A DNA stretch of 64,000 nt from Candidatus Sumerlaeaceae bacterium. GTDB lineage: Bacteria; Sumerlaeota; Sumerlaeia; Sumerlaeales; Sumerlaeaceae. The notes beneath the pieces were generated by a model. It made no database searches and had not been told where the DNA came from. It saw only the letters and a list, made by a program, of their open reading frames with translations. This document shows positions 57,949 through 64,000 of the stretch, piece after piece (the stretch's first letter is position 1; every line of letters begins with the position of its first letter). The DNA lies in the NCBI GenBank assembly GCA_026418615.1, contig JAOAAY010000005.1, forward strand, positions 51,818 to 115,817, written 5' to 3'. The position numbers were made by a program, and so were the translations under genes.

Positions 57949-59732
57949 GATCCATACTCGCAACCGACTGCGGCAGCACGACAACCAAGGCGATTCTCAT
58001 CGCCCGCGATGACAGGGGTGAGTATCGCCTCGTCGCCCGCGGCGAAGCGCCGACAACCGTTGAGGCGCCGTTCGATGATGTGACCGTCGGGGTCTGCAAC
58101 GCCGTTCGCGAGTTGGAGGAAGTCACGGGCAGAAAACTGCTCGACGAGCGCGGCCGCCTGATTCACCCGCAAAATGGCGCCACTGGCACCGACATTTATG
58201 TCTCAACATCGAGTGCGGGCGGCGGATTGCAGATGCTGGTCATGGGAGTCGTCAAATCCATGACGGCCGAAAGCGCCGAGCGCGCGGCCCTCGGAGCGGG
58301 CGCCATCGTGATGGACACGATTTGCAGCAACGACCGGCGGCTGCCCTACCAGCAAATTGCCCGCATCCGGCAATTGCGGCCCGACATGATCCTGCTCGCC
58401 GGCGGCGTTGACGGCGGGACAGTGTCGCATGTGGCGAAACTGGCCGAGTTGGTGGCCGCCGCGCGTCCCACGCCGCGCCTCGGACTGGGCTTTCGACTGC
58501 CGCTCGTCTATGCCGGCAACCGCCTCGCCATGAGCGAGGTCAACGCGATCCTCGCCGACTGTGTGGACATTCACCCCGTCGCGAATGTGCGCCCCGTGCT
58601 TGAGTCCGAAAACCTCGGTCCCGCCCGGGACGCCATTCACGACCTCTTCATGGAACATGTCATGGCGCAAGCGCCCGGTTACGACAAACTCAAGACTTGG
58701 GCCCACATTCCCATCATGCCGACTCCCGGCGCGGTAGGAAAACTCGTGGAAACCGTCGCCCGAGATCGCGGCATCTCTGTGCTGGGCGTGGACATCGGCG
58801 GCGCGACCACCGATGTGTTTTCTGTTTTTCAAGGACAGTTCAACCGCACGGTCTCGGCCAACCTTGGAATGTCCTACAGCGTGGGCAATGTGCTGACCTC
58901 GGCGGGCTTTTCGAATGTGGCACGCTGGATGACGACGAACCTGCCCGATCATGATGTCCGCAACCGGATCAAAAACAAGATCATCCGCCCGACCACGATT
59001 CCCCATCTTCTGGAGGACCTGATCATCGAGCAGGCGTTGGCGCGCGAGGCGCTGCGTCTGTCGTTGGAGCAGCACGCCGCCTTTGCCACCTCGCTCAAGG
59101 GCGTGCAGCGGCGGCGAACCATCGCCGAGGCGTTCGCCCAGTCGGGATCCGGAGAAACCTTGGTCAACATGATGGAACTCGACCTCATCATCGGCAGCGG
59201 CGGCGTCCTGAGCCATGCGCCCCGGCGCGAGCAGGCCGCGCTGATGATGATTGATGCCTTCCTGCCGCTCGGGGTGACGCAACTGGCCGTGGACAGCATT
59301 TTCATGATGCCGCATCTGGGGGTGCTCAGCGAGCGCGCCCCCGAGGCCGCCATGCAGGTTTTCTGGCGGGACTGCCTCGTGCCGCTGGGCGCGGTCGTCG
59401 CACCGGCAGGCCGGGCCCGTATCGGCCGGATCCTCCTCGAATGCACGATTCGCCGTAAAGGTGACGGCCGGCCCGAGACCGTGACCCTCACCGGCGGGAC
59501 ACTCGTGCGCGTGCCTTTGGGCGAGGGTGAGGAGGCGGAGATCACCATCAAGCCTGCCCGAGGCGTTAATGTTGGCGCGGGATCCGGCAAGCCCGTGACC
59601 CGGTCGGTCACAGGCGGGAAAGTCGGCATGATCTTTGACGGCCGCGGCCGGCCTATCCAATTTGACCCCGATCCGGTCCGCCGTCGCGCCAAACTTGCCG
59701 AATGGGCGCGCGCCATAGGAGCCATGGACTGA
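57945..59732 (+). CDS. GlmL/MutL-like ASKHA-fold ATPase (glutamate mutase L family) with C-terminal extension; non-canonical start
   Basis: The frame reads LRSILATDCGSTTTKAILIARDD..., with the phosphate-1 motif DCGSTTTK at 57966..57989. This lies upstream of the first canonical start, the GTG at 58080. The 5' end is set at CTG 57945, which overlaps the upstream stop as CTGA, and is uncertain. A second nucleotide-binding-like motif, VDIGGATTD, is also present. Confidence 0.8.
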   Translation: MRSILATDCGSTTTKAILIARDDRGEYRLVARGEAPTTVEAPFDDVTVGVCNAVRELEEVTGRKLLDERGRLIHPQNGATGTDIYVSTSSAGGGLQMLVMGVVKSMTAESAERAALGAGAIVMDTICSNDRRLPYQQIARIRQLRPDMILLAGGVDGGTVSHVAKLAELVAAARPTPRLGLGFRLPLVYAGNRLAMSEVNAILADCVDIHPVANVRPVLESENLGPARDAIHDLFMEHVMAQAPGYDKLKTWAHIPIMPTPGAVGKLVETVARDRGISVLGVDIGGATTDVFSVFQGQFNRTVSANLGMSYSVGNVLTSAGFSNVARWMTTNLPDHDVRNRIKNKIIRPTTIPHLLEDLIIEQALAREALRLSLEQHAAFATSLKGVQRRRTIAEAFAQSGSGETLVNMMELDLIIGSGGVLSHAPRREQAALMMIDAFLPLGVTQLAVDSIFMMPHLGVLSERAPEAAMQVFWRDCLVPLGAVVAPAGRARIGRILLECTIRRKGDGRPETVTLTGGTLVRVPLGEGEEAEITIKPARGVNVGAGSGKPVTRSVTGGKVGMIFDGRGRPIQFDPDPVRRRAKLAEWARAIGAMD

Positions 59733-60850
59733 TGGCCCACGCGTATACACCCGGATTGCGCGTCGCGGAGCGCGCACACATCCGTAAACGCCGGATGTTG
59801 CCCATACGCGGGAATGTGCTGGTGGCGCGCGGAGCCCGTGTCTCCGCGAAAGACATTGTCGCACGCACCGATCTGCCGGGAAATGTCCAACTGGTAAACA
59901 TCGCCCATAACCTCGGGATCGAGCCCGCCGATGTCCCGAGCAAGATGCGGGTGGAACTTCACAAACCCATCCGCAAGGGCGACCTGCTCGCGGAAAACAT
60001 CGGCTTGTTCGGGCTGTTCCGATCCAGCGTTTACGCCCCGAGCGACGGGACGATCGAATCCGTCTCCAAGGTCACGGGGCAGGCCTTATTGCGCGAGTTG
60101 CCCATACCCCTCGAAGTCACCGCTTACATCTCCGGCGAGGTCACCGAGGTGATCGAGGACGAAGGGGTGGAGATCACCACGGAGGGAACCTTCATTCAGG
60201 GCATCATCGGGATTGGGGGCGAGAAACTCGGCACGATCCATGTCCTCGCGAAATCCCCCGAGGACACCCTTCAGCCGGACGCGATTGATGAGTCATGCCG
60301 CGGCAAGGTCATCGTGGGCGGGGCACGCGCACCGCTTCAAACCTATTTGCGTGCAGCCGATATCGGGGCCGTGGGTCTTGTCCTCGGAAGTTTCGATGAC
60401 AGCGACCTTGGCAGCATCCTCGGTTACGATCTGGGCATCGCGATCACCGGCGGCGAGGATCTTACCACCACACTGATCCTCACCGAGGGTTTTGGCGAAC
60501 TAGCCATGGCACGGAAAACCTTTGATCTGCTGGGCTCGCTGCACGGGCAGGCGGCCAGCATCAACGGCGCGACACAAATCCGCGCTGGCGTCATCCGGCC
60601 GGAAATCATCGTGTCGCGCCATCAGACCGGGGAACGCGCCGAAGTCACGGCTTCCACCGAGACTGCCGTTGGCGCGCGCGTGCGCATCATCCGTCAACCG
60701 CATTTCGGCTCAATTGCCACCATCCGGGCGCTGCCGCCTGAGCCCGTGGTCATTGAATCGGGAGCCACTGTGCGCGTGATGACCGTGGAGTTGCCCGACG
60801 GCACACTCCACACCTTGCCTCGTGCGAATGTGGAGTTGATCGAGGAATGA
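59732..60850 (+). CDS. Hypothetical soluble protein with lipoyl-like barrel-sandwich-looking N-terminal region and KOW/SH3-like C-terminal segment
   Basis: The ATG at 59732 overlaps the upstream TGA as TGATG, so the track start at 59702 is unlikely. The N-terminus is MAHAYTPGLRVAERAHIRKRRMLPIRGNVLVARGARVSAKDIVA, followed by SDGTIESV. The C-terminus is GARVRIIRQPHFGSIATI. The domain calls rest on pattern only. Confidence 0.7.
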   Translation: MAHAYTPGLRVAERAHIRKRRMLPIRGNVLVARGARVSAKDIVARTDLPGNVQLVNIAHNLGIEPADVPSKMRVELHKPIRKGDLLAENIGLFGLFRSSVYAPSDGTIESVSKVTGQALLRELPIPLEVTAYISGEVTEVIEDEGVEITTEGTFIQGIIGIGGEKLGTIHVLAKSPEDTLQPDAIDESCRGKVIVGGARAPLQTYLRAADIGAVGLVLGSFDDSDLGSILGYDLGIAITGGEDLTTTLILTEGFGELAMARKTFDLLGSLHGQAASINGATQIRAGVIRPEIIVSRHQTGERAEVTASTETAVGARVRIIRQPHFGSIATIRALPPEPVVIESGATVRVMTVELPDGTLHTLPRANVELIEE

Positions 60851-61866
60851 CACGGATGACGACCTACCGACGCCGACAGCCGGCCCCAGTCAAAAGGCTC
60901 AGAGGGGCGGCATTGGCAGCCTTGCTGACCTTCCTCACCGTGCCCGCATTTGCGTCGGACAGAATTCTGACCGAAACTGTTACGCTGTTTCGGATCCCGG
61001 CTTCGTGGCTTGATGCTGCTGCCTCCACAGATGCCGACAGGATGGTCGTGAAGTTCGATGTCACTCGCCTGCCTGTCTTGATCGTCTTGGTTCTTTTTGG
61101 TTCCTTTTTCCTCATCCTTCAGATGAAAGCGCGCTCGGGCGCGCACCTGGCGCTGCGCCGTCTGCCGGGCATTGACGCCATCGAGGAGGCCATCGGCCGC
61201 GCCACAGAGATGGGGCGCCCGGTGCTCTTTATCCCGGGGCTCAATGATATTGACGACATTCAGACGCTGGCAGGCGTCAGCATCCTCAGCCATGTCGCGT
61301 ACATCGCGGCAGAGTACGACACGCCCGTGATCGTGGCCTGCCGGCGGTCTGTGGTGCTGACCATGTGCGAGGAGACCGTGCGCCAGGCCTGCCTCGCCGC
61401 AGGACGCCCGGAGGTGTTCATCCCGAACAACATGCGTTACCTGTCGGACGATCAGTTTGCGTTCACGGCAGGAGTCAACGGCATCATGCTGCGCGAAAAA
61501 CCTGCGTCGTGCATTTATCAGGGATGCTTCTACAGCGAATCGCTGATCCTGGCCGAGACTGGCTTTGTCAGCGGGGCCATTCAGGTGGCCGGAACAGCCA
61601 ATATCAGCCAGTTGCCCTTTTTTGTGGCGGCCTGCGATTACACCCTCATCGGGGAAGAGTTTTTTGCGGCGTCCGCTTATCTGTCCAAGGAGCCGTCCAT
61701 CCTTGCGAGCATCAAGGCCAGCGATTGGCTCAAGATGGTTGTTTTGCCCGTCATCCTGATCGGTGTACTACTGGCGACCTTGGCGGCCTTCGAGCCGCCG
61801 CCCAAAGACGGATCACCGCCATCGCAGCGGCAGCGCGCAGTCCAGTTGCTGAAGGAGGTCCTCTGA
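60847..61866 (+). CDS. Hypothetical membrane protein (signal/TM, TM, large soluble domain, C-terminal TM)
   Basis: The start overlaps the upstream stop as ATGA. Hydrophobic segments are AALAALLTFLTVPAFA, LPVLIVLVLFGSFFLILQM and VVLPVILIGVLLATLAAF. I recognise no family. Confidence 0.7.
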   Translation: MTRMTTYRRRQPAPVKRLRGAALAALLTFLTVPAFASDRILTETVTLFRIPASWLDAAASTDADRMVVKFDVTRLPVLIVLVLFGSFFLILQMKARSGAHLALRRLPGIDAIEEAIGRATEMGRPVLFIPGLNDIDDIQTLAGVSILSHVAYIAAEYDTPVIVACRRSVVLTMCEETVRQACLAAGRPEVFIPNNMRYLSDDQFAFTAGVNGIMLREKPASCIYQGCFYSESLILAETGFVSGAIQVAGTANISQLPFFVAACDYTLIGEEFFAASAYLSKEPSILASIKASDWLKMVVLPVILIGVLLATLAAFEPPPKDGSPPSQRQRAVQLLKEVL

Positions 61867-61869
61867 TCC

Positions 61870-62619
61870 ATGCGCACGCTCGTCCCCGTCCTGATCACCG
61901 CCTTTGTCGGCGTTTTCATGATCCTGAAGTTTTTTCTTGTCCATGACGGCGTCCGGACGGTTGCCAACGAACTCGAGCAGTGGGGTGTCGTGACGCTCGC
62001 GTTCGCGATTATTCTCGGAGTGCTCAATCTCGCCCGAATCAACTTGAAGGCTGTTCTCGAGCGCAAACGCGACTGGGGCTACAAACTGATCCTGCTCGTC
62101 TGCATGTTTGGCATGATGACGGCCGGCGGAGTGAAATGGTACCGCGACATTGATGCGGCCCGCGCCCAGAAGGCTCTCGAGGCGGCCGTGGCTGCCAACC
62201 CGGTGGCCGAGGGCGCGGCACCGCCACCAGCCGTGGTGGAAGCCCGGCGGGCCAGCGAGGTTGCCGAGCAGCGCGCCAAATTCACGGTTTTCACATTTAT
62301 TTTTGACCAAGTGTACACCCCGCTCTCGGCCACGATTTACGCTTTGCTGGCTTTCTATGTGGCCTCGGCGGCCTTCCGGTCATTCCGGGCCAAGAGCCTT
62401 CACTCGGCACTGCTATTAATCGCCGCGGTCATCGTCATGATCGGGCGCGTACCCGTCGGAAAAGTCATTTGGAGCAAGTTCCCCGTACTGCAGGACTGGA
62501 TTATGGTATGGCCCAACACAGCCGGGCAGCGGGCTATCTTGATGGGGGCGGCCATTGGGATGATTGCGACCGGCATTCGCGTGATCTTCGGCATCGAGCG
62601 GCCGTACCTGAAGGGATGA
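61870..62619 (+). CDS. Hypothetical polytopic membrane protein (~6 TM)
   Basis: The gap to the upstream gene is 3 nt. Helices include LVPVLITAFVGVFMILKFFLV, VVTLAFAIILGVLNLARI, LILLVCMFGMMTAGGV, ATIYALLAFYVASAAF, ALLLIAAVIVMIG and AILMGAAIGMIATGIRVIFG. Confidence 0.7.
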   Translation: MRTLVPVLITAFVGVFMILKFFLVHDGVRTVANELEQWGVVTLAFAIILGVLNLARINLKAVLERKRDWGYKLILLVCMFGMMTAGGVKWYRDIDAARAQKALEAAVAANPVAEGAAPPPAVVEARRASEVAEQRAKFTVFTFIFDQVYTPLSATIYALLAFYVASAAFRSFRAKSLHSALLLIAAVIVMIGRVPVGKVIWSKFPVLQDWIMVWPNTAGQRAILMGAAIGMIATGIRVIFGIERPYLKG

Positions 62620-62623
62620 TGAG

Positions 62624-63499
62624 ATGACCGCCGAGCCCAAACCGCTTCTCATCCGTTTCTTCCGCGCTTTGCTGGCCCTCGACCGCCGCTGGATTTTCCT
62701 CGCGGTTGGCGCGTTGAGCCTCATCTTCCTGACCATCAATGTCCGCCTGCCTATTCCCGTCTCCCAGCAGTCCCGGGACATGTTCAATGTTATTACCTCT
62801 CTGCCACCGGGGGCGCGTGTCCACCTCTCCATAGATTATGGTCCGAGTTCGCAGGCGGAACTGTGGCCCCAGCATGTCGTCATCCTGCGCCAGTTTTTCC
62901 GCCAGCGGGTGAAGGTGATTGCCTCGAGTCTCTGGGCCGATGGCCCCTCGATGATCGAGCGCGGCTTTCGGGAAGTGCTCGAGGAATTGAAGAAGGAGGG
63001 AATCGAGCCGAAACGCGGCGTGGATTTCGTGAATCTCGGCTACAAGGCCGGCGACCGCGTTGCGATCGCGAAAATCGCATCCTCTTTCAAAGAGACCTTC
63101 CCCGTGGATTATCAGGGCAACCGGACGGCCGATTTGCCGATCATGCAGGGGTGGGACAACTATTCGGGAATTGATTTGCTCATCACGATCGCGGTCGGCG
63201 ATCCGGGGGCCACCGAGTACATTCAGCAGGCACAAAGCCGTTACAATGTGCGCATGGTGGCGGGCGTCACGGCGGTGCTGGCACCGCAACTCTACTCCTT
63301 CTACCAGTCGAAAAACCTGCTGGGCTTCCTCGGAGGACTTGCCGGCGCGGCAGAATACGAGACTCTCGCCGGCGAACCGGGACTTGCGACCCGCGGCATG
63401 AACACACAGAGCGCCGTCCACATGCTCATCGTGCTCCTCGTTCTTGCAGGAAACGCCGCGTACTTTTACCTGCGCCTTCATGGCGAGAAGGTGAGGTAA
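62624..63499 (+). CDS. Hypothetical bitopic membrane protein (N-TM, soluble domain, C-TM); possible distant paralogue of 60847..61866
   Basis: The gap to the upstream gene is 4 nt. The TM segments are WIFLAVGALSLIFLTI and AVHMLIVLLVLAGNAAYFYL. The segment GGLAGAAEYETLAGEPGLAT resembles GEEFFAASAYLSKEPSILAS of the 60847 gene by eye. Confidence 0.7.
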   Translation: MTAEPKPLLIRFFRALLALDRRWIFLAVGALSLIFLTINVRLPIPVSQQSRDMFNVITSLPPGARVHLSIDYGPSSQAELWPQHVVILRQFFRQRVKVIASSLWADGPSMIERGFREVLEELKKEGIEPKRGVDFVNLGYKAGDRVAIAKIASSFKETFPVDYQGNRTADLPIMQGWDNYSGIDLLITIAVGDPGATEYIQQAQSRYNVRMVAGVTAVLAPQLYSFYQSKNLLGFLGGLAGAAEYETLAGEPGLATRGMNTQSAVHMLIVLLVLAGNAAYFYLRLHGEKVR

Positions 63500-63507
63500 C
63501 GAAAACC

Positions 63508-64000
63508 ATGGAAAACCTCTCCCCCTTTACCGAAGGCCTTGGCATCTGGCTCACCTGCCTGCTCACGCTGGCCGTGTTCAGTTTTCTCTACCGCGACAAT
63601 CCGATTTATAAACTGGCCGAGCATGTGTATGTCGGCGTGGCTGCCGGATATTACTTTTATCAAGCGTTTCGCGGCACTGTGTACCCCAATTTGATCCAAC
63701 ATGTGGCCGACGGCATCCAACTTTTGAACAAGGGGGATGCGGCGGGCTGGACCGCGCAGTGGCGCTGGGGAGCCCTCGTGCTGGGCCTGCTCGTCCTCTC
63801 GCGGCTGTTCCCGAAAATTTCCTGGATCTCCCGGTGGCCCATGGCTCTCGTGGTGGGTGCGTTCGCCGGTCTGAACCTGATCGGGTTTGCGCAGGCCAAC
63901 CTGATTGATCAGATCAACGGCACCTTTCTGCCACTGGGCGGATACATGACCGGCAAGGCCGAGATGATGCCTTTCCTGCCGCCCGCCGGAAAGCCCGGGG
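63508..64000 (+). CDS. Hypothetical polytopic membrane protein, 5' part; runs off the right window edge
   Basis: This gene is absent from the ORF track. The ATG at 63508 lies 8 nt after the upstream stop and is preceded by GGTGAGG. My translation reads MENLSPFTEGLGIWLTCLLTLAVFSFLYRDNPIYKLAEHVYVGVAAGYYFYQAF...WGALVLGLLVLSRLF...MALVVGAFAGLNLIGFAQ... and is open to 64000. Confidence 0.65.
   Translation, partial: MENLSPFTEGLGIWLTCLLTLAVFSFLYRDNPIYKLAEHVYVGVAAGYYFYQAFRGTVYPNLIQHVADGIQLLNKGDAAGWTAQWRWGALVLGLLVLSRLFPKISWISRWPMALVVGAFAGLNLIGFAQANLIDQINGTFLPLGGYMTGKAEMMPFLPPAGKPG

Noticed and set aside
58203-59962. Two long minus-strand ORFs (553 aa and 337 aa) opposite the GlmL-like gene and the gene that follows it.
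   Set aside because: The plus-strand genes carry recognisable ASKHA motifs and show translational coupling. The antisense ORFs are Arg/Gly/His-rich shadows.
1-64000. CRISPR arrays, IS elements, integrases, prophage genes, rRNA operons and parS or DnaA-box clusters.
   Set aside because: Scanning the intergenic regions and the ORF translations revealed no regularly spaced direct repeats, no transposase, recombinase or reverse-transcriptase-like ORFs, and no full matches to TGTTTCACGTGAAACA or TTATCCACA. A manual scan can miss diverged copies.

Overview
This is a visibly GC-rich bacterial chromosomal segment that is densely coding, with about 45 protein genes. I found no rRNA, tRNA, CRISPR array, transposase, integrase or prophage signature by eye. 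Most genes are housekeeping or envelope functions. They include gltB, argH, malQ, smc, dprA, pilT, hemW, an asnB-like gene, a PBP4-type carboxypeptidase, an MscK-like channel, a thioester alpha-2-macroglobulin, two GT-C/ArnT-like glycosyltransferases, an LpxL-like acyltransferase and an MrfA/YprA-type helicase. The lipid A acyltransferase, the prepilin-type pseudopilin and the periplasmic alpha-2-macroglobulin indicate a diderm organism, but I cannot assign a taxon from sequence alone. The many long ORFs antisense to strong genes are typical GC-rich shadow ORFs and are rejected. Two real genes are missing from the supplied ORF track because they run off the window edges: 1..414 on the minus strand and 63508..64000 on the plus strand. 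The most interesting locus is a tightly coupled operon of at least seven genes at 57565..>64000. It combines a GlmL/MutL-like ASKHA ATPase, which has no B12 mutase partner, with a barrel-sandwich-like soluble protein and four membrane proteins I cannot place in any family. The conserved N-terminus of that ATPase lies upstream of any canonical start codon. Lesser observations are a 1197-aa bitopic protein with beta-sandwich domains on both sides of the membrane, an atypical alpha-2-macroglobulin context, a zinc-ribbon/response-regulator/LemA/M48 gene string, a stop-codon-embedding palindrome between convergent genes, a terminator-like hairpin in the gltB leader, and a 640-nt gap with no explained content. 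All family assignments are motif recognition by eye; no database search was run.
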